A stretch of DNA of 64,000 nt from the human T2T-CHM13v2.0 reference genome, Homo sapiens. Both the position numbers and the translations under genes were made by a program. The stretch is from the NCBI RefSeq assembly GCF_009914755.1, contig NC_060925.1. One strand, given 5' to 3'. Below the pieces are notes generated by a model. The model did not search any database. It was not told the DNA's origin and worked only from the letters and a program-made list of their open reading frames with translations. Positions within the stretch are counted from its first letter, which is position 1. Every line of letters begins with the position of its first letter. Positions 43,906 through 60,519 of the stretch are shown here, one piece after another.

Positions 43906-44257
43906 CAGAGAGTCTCCCACTTAGCGTGGTTCAACTTAAGATGGTGTAAAAGCCAGATACATTCTGTAGAAACTGTACTTTCAGTACCCATACTGTCACT
44001 CTGTTTTTCACTTTCAGTCCAGTAGTCAATAAATTATATGAGCTATTTAATACTTAATTATAAAATAGGCTTTGTGTTAGATGACTTTTTTCCCAACCAT
44101 AGGCTAATGTAAATGTTCTGAGCACGATTAAGGTAGGCTAGGCTACACTACGATGTTTGGTAGGTTAGGTGTATTAAATGCATTTTTGACTTATGACATT
44201 TTTAACTCATGATGGGTTTATTGGGATGTAACCTGATTGTAAGTCGAGGAGCACCTG
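43906..44257. mobile_element. Tigger3/MER7-like Tc1-mariner MITE
   Basis: CAG...CTG termini flanked by TA TSD; ggtaggctaggcta..gatgtttggtaggttaggtgtattaaatgcatttt. Confidence 0.8.
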
Positions 44258-44758
44258 TATCACTCACCATCCATTTGGTTCCTATGTCCACAGGGCCAGA
44301 GAGTGTCAGGAGTTTCCATGTTTTCCAAATTGATTTGGCTTCTGAATTGCAGTTAGCATACAGTAGGATAACCGCAAGGGAGCTATCTGAAAATCCAGAT
44401 CTGCTCAGTTCTTGAATTTGGGTAGTGAGAGTTCAAGTTGGGAGAGTTTGAGAATTTGGGGAATGAGGGAAACTTCTATTTGTCAATAAGAGAGGGAAGG
44501 TATAGTAAGACAAATGTAATTGCAGAGCTCCTAGGGCCATTGAGTCTGAGGGGACAGGAGTGGGTGTCACTGCAGCTGCCCAGGGCTCCCTGTTGCCAGT
44601 TTCTGTTATCTGGGGTGATGACAGCAGCATCTGGATTCATCACTAAAGGGACCCTCTGCTTTAGAGTACATCGTTTAAGAAGGAAAGGAAGTAGGTAAGA
44701 CCCGTTTATTCCGTCTCCCATTGTTAAAATACTTCTGCACTTAAAAGCAGAATCTGTG

Positions 44759-45050
44759 GGCCGGGTGCCATGGCTCACGCCTGTAATCCCAGCACTTTGG
44801 GAGGCTGAGGCAGGTGGATCACGAGGTCAGGAGATCCATACCATCCTGACTAACACGGTGAAACCCCATCTCTACTAAAAATATAAAAAAATTAGCCGGG
44901 CATGGTGGCACGCACCTGTAGTCCCAGGTACTCGGGAGGCTGAGGCAGGAGAATCGCTTGAACCCAGGAGGCGGAGGTTGCAATGCACCACTGCACTCCA
45001 GCCTGGGTGACAGAGCATGACTCCGTCTAAAAAAAAAAATTATAACAATA
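44759..45050 (+). mobile_element. AluY/Sc-like
   Basis: TSD aaaagcagaatctgtg (44743-44758 / 45051-45066). Confidence 0.92.
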
Positions 45051-45228
45051 AAAAGCAGAATCTGTGTTTAGCTGGAAAATTTACTTACTAAATGCGGTGC
45101 CTTGTGATGCCAGATCTGTGAAGCCATTCAAGTGGAAGTGTTTTATAGTGGGAGCACCCTCCTCTTTTCTGCTGAAGCATTGGCTTTCTGGCATGGCCTC
45201 TTCCTGATTCTGTTTCCTGTCATAACAG

Positions 45229-46990
45229 AGATGTCATTGCTGGGAGAGGTATCCACTCAAAGGTGAAGTCTGCAAAGCTGCTTGAGGTTCTGAATGCTAT
45301 GGAGGAGGAAGAGTCCAACAACAACAGGGAAGAGATTTTCATTGCACCTCCCGACAATGCTGCGGGGGAATTCACTGATGAGGACTCAGGGGATGAAGAC
45401 AGCCAGCGAGGTGCTCACCTACCTGGCAGTGTGCTGCATGCTTCAGTCCTGTGTGAGGACTCTGGCACCGGGGAGGATAATGACGACCTGGAGCTGCAGC
45501 CAGCCAAGAAGAGGCAGAAAGCAGTTGTGAAACCTCAGCGCATTTGGACCAAAAGAGATATTCGTCCAGACTTTGGCAGTTGGACTGCATCAGATCCTCA
45601 TATTGAGGATCTGAAAAGCCAAGAGCTGAGTCCCGTGGGCCTTTTTGAGTTGTTTTTTGATGAAGGAACAATTAATTTCATTGTTAATGAAACCAATCGT
45701 TATGCTTGGCAGAAAAATGTCAATTTGAGTCTTACGGCTCAGGAATTGAAGTGTGTTTTGGGCATTTTGATTTTAAGTGGGTACATCTCTTATCCAAGGA
45801 GAAGGATGTTCTGGGAAACCTCTCCCGATTCACATCATCATCTTGTGGCTGATGCAATTAGAAGGGACAGATTTGAACTAATCTTCTCATACTTACATTT
45901 TGCAGATAACAACGAACTTGATGCAAGTGATAGGTTTGCCAAGGTCAGACCTCTCATCATCCGGATGAACTGCAATTTCCAGAAGCATGCACCCTTGGAA
46001 GAGTTCTACAGCTTTGGCGAGTCTATGTGTGAGTACTTTGGGCACCGGGGGTCCAAGCAGCTGCACAGGGGGAAGCCTGTGCGACTTGGCTACAAGATTT
46101 GGTGTGGGACAACCAGCAGAGGCTACTTGGTGTGGTTTGAGCCCTCACAGGGCACACTGTTTACCAAGCCAGACAGGAGCTTGGATCTAGGAGGCAGTAT
46201 GGTAATAAAATTTGTGGATGCGCTTCAGGAGCGTGGTTTTCTGCCATATCACATATTTTTTGACAAGGTTTTCACAAGTGTTAAACTGATGTCCATTTTG
46301 AGGAAAAAGGGGGTGAAAGCCACAGGAACTGTTCGTGAGTACAGGACTGAGCGATGTCCCCTAAAAGACCCCAAAGAACTGAAAAAAATGAAGAGGGGTT
46401 CATTTGATTACAAAGTCGATGAGAGTGAGGAGATCATCGTGTGCCGCTGGCACGATAGCAGCGTGGTCAACATTTGCTCCAATGCTGTGGGCATAGAGCC
46501 AGTGAGGCTGACCAGTCGTCACTCTGGAGCAGCTAAAACGCGGACTCAGGTCCACCAGCCATCACTGGTGAAGCTGTATCAGGAGAAGGTGGGTGGCGTT
46601 GGTAGGATGGATCAGAATATTGCCAAGTACAAGGTGAAGATCCGAGGCATGAAGTGGTACTCAAGCTTTATTGGCTATGTCATTGATGCTGCCCTCAACA
46701 ATGCATGGCAGCTGCATAGAATCTGCTGCCAAGATGCCCAGGTGGACCTCCTTGCCTTCCGGAGATACATTGCCTGTGTGTATCTGGAGAGCAATGCTGA
46801 CACAACATCTCAAGGGAGGCGAAGCAGGCGGTTGGAGACTGAGAGCCGCTTCGATATGATTGGGCACTGGATTATCCATCAGGACAAGAGGACCCGGTGT
46901 GCCCTCTGCCACTCACAGACCAACACCCGGTGTGAGAAGTGCCAGAAGGGTGTCCATGCCAAATGCTTCAGGGAGTACCACATCCGGTGA
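45229..46990 (+). CDS. PGBD2: PGBD2 exon 3: piggyBac transposable element-derived protein 2 (spliced product 592 aa)
   Basis: Acceptor tgtttcctgtcataacAG|45229; open frame DVIAGRGIHSKVKSAKLLEVL...; piggyBac motifs RRDRFE..LHFADN, KPVRLGYKIW, FFDKVFTS, GTVR, WHDSSVV, MDQ, KWY; C-terminal Cys/His cluster; TGA at 46988-46990. Confidence 0.98.
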
Positions 46991-47250
46991 CATCATGAGA
47001 CATGCTTCTTTGGTTTATAATGAGATGTTTACAGTTAAATACAGATGGCAGTTGAGCACTTCTGTTTTGTGTTGGAAAAAAGACCTGAATTTCTAATGAC
47101 TTGATTTTCTATTTTCTCCCTACCCACAATACAGTTATCTTTTTTATTGTGTCGTGTTATGCCTACATGTGATATAAATTAATATTTATATTCATTTATA
47201 TTTATATTTTTGAACTTATTTATTTAAAGTTATGGATCACTTTTTATTCA

Positions 47251-47256
47251 AATAAA
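47251..47256 (+). terminator. PGBD2 polyadenylation signal
   Basis: AATAAA about 260 nt after the stop, followed by GT-rich gttgtgctttgggg. Confidence 0.75.
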
Positions 47257-47566
47257 AGTTGTGCTTTGGGGTATATTTGAATCCTAGCAAGAATAATCAA
47301 AGGAAGACTTGCAAGAACAGTAAGAAGACTTTACCATTGCATGCCATGGTTTATAATCTAAGATAGGCAATAGTGTATAAATATCATGTAAATGTGATGG
47401 ATTTCTTAATCATATTTATTTCATATTAATCCAAGTTTATCAAACTTTTGAGGGATAATCTGCCTTGTATTTAGTCAGAGGGCTAGAGGTGCAGATTTCA
47501 TATTTTCTTAATGAAAATATTTTCCTAATACACATATATCAATGTGAGATTCATTTTTGTAAAAAA

Positions 47567-48500
47567 AATTATTTTTTTAATTTTGTGGGTACATAGTAGG
47601 AGTGTATTTTTATGGGTTACATGAGATATTCTGATACAAACATGCAATGTATAAAAATCACATCAGGGTAAATGGGGTATCCATCTTGTCAAACACTTGT
47701 CCTTTGTGTTTCAAACAATCCAATTATACTGTTAGTTATTTTAAAATGTGCAATTAAATTATTTTTAACTATATTCACCCTGTTGTGCTAGCAAATACTA
47801 GGTCTTACTCATTCTTTCTATTTTTTCATACCCATTAACTATTCCCACTCTCCCCCACCCCCTAACTACCCTTTCCAAGCTCTGGTAACCTTCTTTCCAC
47901 TCTGTGTGTCCATGAGTTCAATTGTTTTCATTTTTAGCTCCCACAAATAAGTGAGAACATCTGAAGTTTGTCTGTCTTTGCTTGGCTTATTTCACTTAAC
48001 ATAATGACCTCCAGTTCCATTCATGTTGTTGCAAATGACTGAATATCATTTTTTTGTGGCTAAATATTAATCACACTTCATTGTGTATATGTACATTTTC
48101 TTTATCCATTCTTCTGTTGATGGACACTTAGGTTGCTCCCAAATCATGACTATTGAGAATAGTGCAGAAAATAAACATGAGTTCAGATCTTTCTTCAATA
48201 TACTGATTTTTTTTTCTTTTGGATGTATACTTAGGAATGGGATTCCTGAATCATATGGTAGCTCTATTTTTAGTTTTTGAGGAAGCTTCAAACTGTTCTC
48301 CATAGAGGTTGTACTAATTTACATTCCCACCAGCAGTGTTCAAGGGTTCCCTTTTCTCCACATCCTTGCCAGCATTTGTTATTGTCTGTCTTTTGGATTA
48401 CAGCCATTTCTGCCCGGATGAGATATCTCAATGTAGTTTTCACTTGCATTTTTCTGTTGATCAGTGATGTTGAGCACTTTTTTTATACCTGTTTGCCATT
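47567..48500 (-). mobile_element. L1MA-like 3' end
   Basis: Antisense L1 3'UTR and ORF2 end (KIELPYDSGIP..WEQPKCPS). Confidence 0.85.
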
Positions 48501-48504
48501 TGTA

Positions 48505-48765
48505 CCTTTTGTTTTTATTTTGAGATGGAGTTGCCTTGTCACCCAGGCTGGAATGCAGTGGTGCGCAATCTCGGCTCACTGCATCCTCTGTCTCCTGGGC
48601 TCAAGTGATTCTCCTGCCTCAGCCTCCCAAGTAGCTGGGATTACAGGCACCCACCACCACACCCGGCTAATTTTTCTATTTTTAGTAGAGATGGTGTTTC
48701 ACCATGTTGGCCAGGCTGGTCTTGAACTCTTGAGCTCAAGTGATTTGCCCACCTCAGCCTCCCAG
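48505..48765 (-). mobile_element. AluS, cut off by the adjacent L1
   Basis: Antisense Alu ending at cctcagcctcccag. Confidence 0.88.
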
Positions 48766-48769
48766 TATA

Positions 48770-52101
<3,332 letters not shown>

Positions 52102-55100
52102 TGCCACCAGCCCAGCTCGCATCATCGTTTACATGGAAATGTTGGGACTGAGGTGACCTCATGCCTCTCAGTTCCCAGCGAGCTTTCTCTCCCACTGGCT
52201 CTTAGCCAGCCTGTTAAACAGAAAATAATCAGACAAATAAAAAACACTCTAGTGTTCTAGCAAGTTACACATTATTGCTTGCTTACCAATTGTCTATCTT
52301 AGAACTTTCTTTTCCTCATACAGTCAATATAATCGTATGTGTTAAATTTGGCTTTTGCCATTTTACAGTCCAAGATGCAGGACTTTGCATAGGGCACGGA
52401 TGGATTTCCACAGTCAGCATAAGGATGGGAGGAGAACAGGGCAGATCCAGCCCCACTCAGTGAGAATTCTGGCTGGAGTTACTTGGCTGGACCTCACTCC
52501 AGAGAGAGGAGAACTTTCTCTGGACCAGCTACCAAGACAGCTCCTAGTTGGAAAATGTTTTCTTCTAAGGTGAGATGCAGCCCCCACTGGACAGGAAAAC
52601 ACCAGAGAGTTTTAAAAAGGAAAAAACCAAGGTAAGCCGTGGAGCTTCTTGACAGGGGACACAGAAGAGTCCACCCAGCTGGGGTGAATCTCAGTTCCCC
52701 AATGGGACGGCGTGTGGGAGCCACAAGTCACTGGCCCCTATAGCGTGGGAGCAGTGTGAGCCATCTGCAGTGGCATTGTCTCCTCCAGCAGCAGCGTCCA
52801 TCCAGAAATCCATCTCCCAGGTCTTGCTGGAGGTCATTCTGTGTGAAGTTGATGGAGTTCTTTCTTATGCGCTTTTTTTCTAAGTGTGGGAGAGCATGGC
52901 CTTCATGACTGCTGGCTTCCAGCACGTGGCGTGCAAACCCAAGCCAGGGTGTGTAATTCACTGTAGCCCTTGACAGAATAACGGGATAAAAGTCATTTTT
53001 TAATCTTCTATTTATTACCCTCAGCCAATTAACTTGTATCTACAGTAGAAGATATTTTGCCAAATTTTTTTTCAAAATGGAGAAATACCTTGCTCTTAAG
53101 TCTTTTAGAGGCACAGACTTCTCAATTTCATTAAATTAAAATCACTAAAAGATAGAAAAAAGTGACATTCACATATCAAAAGAAGTTCTCTTTTGTCAGA
53201 ATACTCTATTTTGGTTTGAAATGTTTGTGAATTTCCCATGCATGTGTCCAGATGCATAGGGAGTTTATTCATTCAATTAAGTTAAAACATTAGATAACAT
53301 GGTAAATTCAAAAAGTAGCAAAGACACATTTTGTTTCTGTCTCTTTAACTGAGAAAACTGGTTGATGCCTCCTGTGTGTGAGCACCATGTAGCTGATGCA
53401 GATACAGAAACTGAGGTTTTCTTACTTGCTGCCACTGGCCCCGGCACTGGAGGTTGGCTCTGGGAGGGCAGGGTGTCTGTTTTTCTTACCACTCAGCAAG
53501 TGCCACACAAATATAAATGGGTGTCTCTGCCCTCTAGTGGATTCTGGCAGGCACTGGGAGCAAATGTGACTATAAAAAAAGTGAAAGATGTAAAAAATAC
53601 ACATTATCTCCAGAGGGGATTTAATTCTAACGGAGGGCTTTTTTTTTTCTTTTTCAAATGGGCTGATGGGTAAAAATGCAAGACTGGATATGTTGGAAAA
53701 AAGCACATTGCATTTGCCTTTTGGCATCTGTGATGACTGAGTCCTTCCTCAGCGCTGCCACAGGGAGCACATTCACACGTGTGTCACACAAATACCAAGG
53801 TTAGGTCAAAAAACCAAGTGTTACCTGGAGGAAGCCACAAAGACTATGAGACCAAGACCTCACCTAGAAGACACTTGATAGTTCAGAAGCCGAGATCCTG
53901 CGAGGTGTCTCAGAGAGCTCAGCTGTGACCCCGCACTGTATGGAAGGGCGGGCAGTGGGGCCCAGGCAGGGGAAGAGAATTGTCCACTGTTGAGCATCAT
54001 CATTCTAAAACCCACATGTAATGCTATTGCTGCAAAACCGCTGACTGTTGAAGCCACAAACCACAGAAACAGACTCCCTTTATGGTCCTCACTGTGCAAC
54101 CGGTGGCTTTTCAGAAGATGAAGATTCAACATATTAATCATAAATTCAAAGCATCAGAAGAAATACTAGGATATTTTCTAACCTCTGCTACCATGACTTT
54201 TTTTTTTTTTTTTTGGCGAGATTCGTGAATTATTGTAAATAAGTTCACAGAGGCCAAAGTGCTCCCCTGAAGTCATCCAGGAAGAGGCAGGCTGCTAATC
54301 CCCACATCTGAGACATCTGTGTTTTCTTAGGATAATAAGGGAAAGAGAGAGGGACAGAAATAGACAGACAGAGAATTGGAGCTAAGAGGAAACATTTTCA
54401 GATTTTGCCCCCCAAAATTCCCAGTGAACATTCCCATTGCCAGCGGGGGAGTTCCAAGGCCCTGGCTCCAGGATCCTGCTCTTTCCTTTGGTGACTCCTG
54501 TACAGATTTGGCATAGAAACAATATGGAACTTGTTACACTTCTCTGGACAAGTCATTATGCTTTTGGCTCACAGGCTCCACTTCTCTGGACACCCCTTCA
54601 CCCTAAGCTTCAAGTAATTCAGCTTCACCCTTCAGAGAAGAGCTCAGCTGTCACTTCCTCTAAGGACCCTCCCCAGCCGCCTCTCCAGCAGAAGGGCCTC
54701 CACCTTGCTTTTTGCACATCTGTCCCTCGAGGTGCTGCTGTTCTCTGTGGAGCTGAAAAAAGGTGGTGATGCCCTGAAATTCAGCAAACTGCAGGGACAC
54801 GTGTTGTTCTACCCCAGGTCAGAGTGTGTCGGTCATCACTTGATGCCACTCACAGACCACCAACTTCAGAATATCTAGGTGTAAAGCTCTGTACAAAAGT
54901 TGTAACATAATAATGTAAATAATTTTACATTATTATTAATAAATTATATTACACTATTACATAATGTAAAGGCTATTAAAACATATTTGTCTTCAAAGAA
55001 TGGCCTTGGTTTCTGTGGGCAGTGTCTCCTTATGGAAAGGTAGTGCATTCCTGCTAAGTCATGGACAAAATGGGCCTCCAGGAGCTGCAAGCTGTAGTAG

Positions 55101-56086
55101 CAGCTTCTCGTCTACGTCCTTCACTGCATGATACTGTTGTTGACTTTGAAAGCTTCTTTTGGTCTAGTTTTATCAACAGAGCTAGTATTTCATGAAGATC
55201 TACTGCATACCAGGTTCCAGAAAGCTAAATGCCTTTTGTTTGTTATTACTCACTAAACACAAACCACAACTCTCTTCTCATTACTCACACAACAAAATTT
55301 AGCTGAGGAAGATGGAGTGACTTTCCCAGGGTCGCACAGCTACTAAGAGCAGAGTCGTGTTTAGATTCATGTGGGAATACTGAACACTGAAATGAACCAG
55401 CAGAAATATCCTATGTTCCAAAAGCCTACTCAAGCCATATGTTCTTATTTTAAGGAAAATCTTTATGCTAATTTTAAACTCCAAATACCTATGAATGGCA
55501 GAGATCTACAGATTTGATTCTGATATAAGAGATGATGCTCACCAGCTGGTTACTGCTACCACCCCACAACCCCGAGCATACTGGACAAATGTCTCAGCCT
55601 CGTGGTTAGTGGAGACAATGATAGTGGAGTCTGAAGTTGTCATGCAGTGACTCATGCAAGCTTAGGCAGATTTGGTGATATATGGCACAGAGATGCAAAG
55701 AAATGCTGTAGCTGACACACAAAGGCTGGCTCTGGGAGATGCAGAAGGAGTATGTCGCCCAAAATAGAGCCAGACAGACATCCTTAAGGAAGGAGCAAAG
55801 GGGCTGCATCTTAAAGAATGAAGAAGAGATTTGTCATGAGAGATGGGACAGGGAGTTCTTGAGAGGCAGAGGGAGAGCATGAGAATGTCGGGAAGGGAGG
55901 AGAGATTCTCGCACATCTGGGAAGCTGACAATCCATCAGCATGGCCAGAAGGAAAATAAGGAGGAGGAGCAGAAATAATAGATGATGCTGGATATAGAAG
56001 CAGGGCTGAAGCTGTGTCGATTGTGGTAGAGTTGTGATTCTATGCAGAAGGCAATAGGTAGCATTCTAAACAGAGATCTTTTAAAA

Positions 56087-56307
56087 CAAGAGTCAGCAAA
56101 TATTTTCTGCAAAGGGCTAAATGTTAAATATTTTAAGTTTTCCAAGCCATGTGGTCCCTCTCTCAATGACTCAGCTCTTCCATTATACCATGAAAGTAGC
56201 CAGAGACATTATATAACACATGTATGTGGCTGTGTCACATTACAACTTTACTTACAAACGCAGACTGTGTCAGACATGGCCCATGCATGGTAGTTTACCA
56301 CACCCTG
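56087..56307. mobile_element. MER58A-like hAT MITE
   Basis: cagcaaatattttctgcaaagggc...gtagtttaccacaccctg. Confidence 0.75.
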
Positions 56308-59194
56308 TTTTAGAAAGCTCAGGTTTATGATGTGTTAGAGAATGCCTACAAGAGCTCTTGTTTTAAATGGTAGAGTGAACATACACTGGAATTCTATCCT
56401 GCTTCACCCAAGGTCTTGATAGAGAAAGGTAGAAAAAATACTAGTAAATAGATAGATGATAGGCAGGTAGATAGATAGATGATAGATAAAGAAAATACAT
56501 AGCTGTTCCAGAAAACAGAAAGGGATAACTTCATGAACCAAAACCAAAGTAATATACTGTAAAAAGGGAGCAGGCTGGGAAACTCACAGTTGCAAAGCAA
56601 ATAGAATTTCCAACTGCCTCTTGTAGCCCCTTCCTGGAAGTAGTCACAACCCAGGGTGTTTCGACTTCTTCCTCTGTTTTTTGTTTGTTTTTTGTGGGTT
56701 TTTGTTGTTGTTTGCTTTTTTTAAAAAAATTCCCTTTCCCTGCTTTTTTGTCCCAGCAGCCTTTGTCACTTCAAACACCACAAGTTTTCTTTTTTAAAAA
56801 ATTATATCAACCTTTCAATTAAAATGCAACATGTCTGAAACTTGGTATCTAGAGAGGTGAGATGGACAAAGGAGCCCTTGTTACTGCATATTTTCTTTCT
56901 CCAGACTTATCTTGCACACAGCAACAGACAATGCACAAAGCCACTTCCTTATGGACTGAAATTCTGAAATCCTTTTATGACTGGCCTTTCCATCCTTCAA
57001 CTTCCCCTCTCCCATGCTGTGAATGATTGTATTGGACATTTTTGTTTTAATCTCAGTGACAAGGGAACACAGGTAGCTCTAATATAGCTGTGACCCAAAT
57101 GCTTCTGTTTCTAGCATGTATTTATTTTGTAGCAAACATTTACATCCATCATTTTTCACTGTCTTTTGAAAATAAGTAGGCAATATCTCATCTGAGGTAG
57201 GATGTTTCTAGTGGTTGTGTTCTGAGGGAGAAAAACTAATCTGTTCTCTTTCCACTGCATTCCAGGAACAGTAAGAGGACCTTGTGCATGAATAATTTGT
57301 TTCCACACTACAGAGTGGGTAATAAGCAGATTGGTAAAAACAATTCTGCTTCACTTCAATAACAGCCTCCTCCAACTCATTTTTTCTCAACAAACTTATT
57401 TTTCCTGCAGAAGAATCCCAGACTTCTTAGAGAACCCAGTGACTTTTCGCACCTTAAATCTGTGAAATCCTCATGTTTTCTTCTGCCATATGCATAGTTC
57501 AAATATACAAAGATGAGGCAAAGCCAGACGCATTCCTGAAGGAACCTAAGAAATTCATCTCTTTCTGTCTCTGGAATGAAATGAATTCTCTAGACCATCA
57601 GTTCTAACCTTCAAAAACCAAACCTGTTTGTGAGATCTCCTTCAAATGCTACTGTAGATTCCAGTGTTTATTCATTAAATTTTTTAAGTATTTGTTTTAT
57701 TTGGAATTCATTTATTTGTAATCTTAGTATTTGTATTAATATAAGGGAGAAATGTTTAAATCTGTCTATGCTATATGTGCCTCTGGCTTATTGCCCAATT
57801 AATTGTAGCCTCAGGCTAAACTTTGGTTTCTGTCTGTTTTTTTTCAGAACAAATATAACTGATCTCAAAACATCTGCTTTTATTGTAGGGAATCGTTCTG
57901 CCATCTCCATTCGTCTCTCTTTTCTTGCAATCCGGGTGGAAGTTCTTTAATATGAACATTTCCACCACCTTCATTCTACCGTGTCCACTATCAGCACATT
58001 CAAACGTATCCAGCCAAGGCTGTCATCTCAGGCCAGGGACTTTTTAGTAATCTATTTTGCTGTGATGAGGCTGGCACCCCTTTGACTCACTTTATCACCC
58101 CAGGGTTCTTTTCATTTTAGGAGCCCAAGAGGGCAGAAAAAGAAGTAGGTGAGCAATTAAACCCTCCGAGTCAGGAGCGTCTCCCCTTGTGTTAGGCAAT
58201 GTTGTAGAACATCGTATTTAGCAAGCTCCTAGCAGATGAGCCACGTGGCTGCTGAGCACACACGCCTGCTTGCTGCTGTGAGCTCAGACACCATCATCAT
58301 TAGTCTTTTCCACCTGTGGAGGGAATTATAAGGACCACTTAATAACCTGCAAATCATAGCGAGTTAAAGGTGTTTCCCCAAAACACTGATGACAGAATGA
58401 AAGGTGAGGAGTGTTAGCCACAGGTCAAAAGTGCAGGAAACTCTCTCAGTGTGGGTTGTTGAAGAAATGCACGTCTTTTTTCTTTTGGAAGTCTCCCTAG
58501 AATGGGGTCAAGGACTCTGTCCATTCTAGGATGAAAAATTGGGAAATTAGGCTTTGGAGCACCTGGTAGTGCTCAGAGTGTCCAGAGTGAAGACCAGAGT
58601 TTCGTTGTCCTTAAGACTGACCTGGGAGATGTGGCTGCAGGCCATTGAGGAAGGTGAGGCAAAAGCTTCCTGTCTGCTCCCTGTGTGCTGAGGAGGGAGC
58701 TCTGCCATGGGCTTTACTTTCACATGTTACATTCTACAGGTCTTGTTTTATAAAAGCATCCCTTCCTTGAGGCTTCGGCTGCTCATCGCTGCTCAGCATC
58801 ATAGCGTGCCATAACATGGTAAGATTTGGGTTTGTTTCTGGGGAGAGATCTTGGTATAGAGAAAGGGGAAGTGCTTAGAGCCACCATCAGGACAGTTGGG
58901 ATGAAAGCTGGGGATGGGCAGAGGCTGGAGGAAATATGTGCACCCCCTGTAAACACTTTTATTCATGTTTTAATTACTCACTTTTCTTACAGTGTTAAAG
59001 TAGTAAAAATAGTATTGAAAAATTGAAAAGTAGGCGTATTTAAACTTGCAACATTATTTAAGTTTAAATATATTATTTGTACCTCATCAACATTTTTTAT
59101 TTTGTTGAGAAAGTCTGAGGTTAATTGGCAGCATATTTGTAATAGTAGATAGAATAATGTCTGTTTTATAAACACTGGCATCCTACATTACATG

Positions 59195-59639
59195 TGTGAG
59201 CCCTGAAAATCTGAGACAGCTCTCAGATTTTTTAGAAAGTTTATTTTGCCAATCTTGAGGATGTGCGCCCGTGATGCCTCCTCAGGAGGTCCTGACAACA
59301 TGGGCCCAAGGTGGTCGGGGCACAGCTTGGTTTTATACACTTTAGGGAGACACGAGAGATCAATCAATATGTGTAAGATGTACATTGGTTCAGTCCAGAA
59401 AGGTGAGAAGGCCAGACAGGGGGCTTCCAGGTCATAGGTAGGTAAGAGACAAATGGTTTCATTCTTTCGCGTTGCTGATTACCCTCTCCAAATGAGGCAA
59501 TCAGGTATGCATTTATCTCGGTGAGCAGATGGGTGACTTTGGATACAATGGGAGGCCGGTTTGCCCTAAGCAGTTCCCAGCTTGACTTTTCCCTTTAGCT
59601 TAGTGATTTTCATTCCCCAAGATTTATTTTCCCTTCATA
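59195..59639 (-). mobile_element. MER4A-like solo LTR
   Basis: ctcaggaggtcctgacaacatgggcccaaggtggtcggggcacagcttggttttatacac...ccccaagatttattttcc. Confidence 0.8.
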
Positions 59640-59659
59640 AGGTTTTCCTATGAGCATTA

Positions 59660-60400
59660 ATTATTCATTGTGTATTTTATCACACAAATAAGGCACAGAT
59701 TTTTAAAAAATCATCAACTTCCTGGCTACCTATATAGACATAATTACGTAGAAGCTCAACTAAATTTGCAAACATTCCAGAGTTTGGGTTTCCAATAATT
59801 CTTTGTGATTCTTTAAAAGGTAAAGTATTTTTTTCCCATAAAACATAGCAACATTTAAAATCACCCGTAGAATGTCCTGCCATTTTTGTTTCTGTAGTTT
59901 CCTCATTTTCTGCAAAGCCTCGCTGAGGAAATTGACTTTGAATATCCTTTTACACTCTTCTGTTTTAGAAAGCATTGTGGTAAAACATTGAATCATCATG
60001 GTCATAAGTTCTGTTCACATTCTTTCTTGCTTTGAATATTTTTTCCCAGTGGCCAATATTTGATTCTGTTGTATCATGGCTAAAAGGTAGGCATGGCAAC
60101 AAAATAAAGACAGGAAGTCTTTGGAATAAGTGATCCCATCACAATGAATCAATTTGCCATTGGAACATATTTTTACAAAGTCACTCTTTTGAAAATATTT
60201 AGCTATGAATTAAAACAGAGTCTGTATGGTTAATATTTTTCCTGGTCTAAGGTGAACAGCATTTTAGAGAATGAACTCAGGACACAACCACAGCACAAGA
60301 AAAACGTGATAATTAAGTTTACACATATGTGTTACTACTGCAACAGAAAACATGTAAAGAACATTTGATTTATGTATCAGTCTGCACTGTTTAATTTTTT
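59660..60400 (-). mobile_element. hAT (Tip100/Zaphod-like) transposase fossil
   Basis: Frameshifted peptides KWQDILRVILNVAMF and LPFKES..IIGNPNSGMFANLVELL resemble the N-terminal DUF4371-type region of hAT transposases. Confidence 0.6.
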
Positions 60401-60519
60401 GTGTCATAAATACTCTTATTTAAAAAAACAGGACTAGTTAACAGTGTCAATTACTAGTAATTCATGGTATAAATAATTAAACAAGGAAGTGTTCAAAAAA
60501 AACAGTGTTTTAAATAAAG

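Noticed and set aside
45263-46990. 575-aa ORF starting at GTG as the full protein or as an active transposon
   Set aside because: The likely true start is the spliced ATG at 42490; I found no TTAA-flanked terminal inverted repeats, and the catalytic triad is mutated
57208-57550. Coding-looking minus-strand segment
   Set aside because: No protein family could be assigned; short frames with stops
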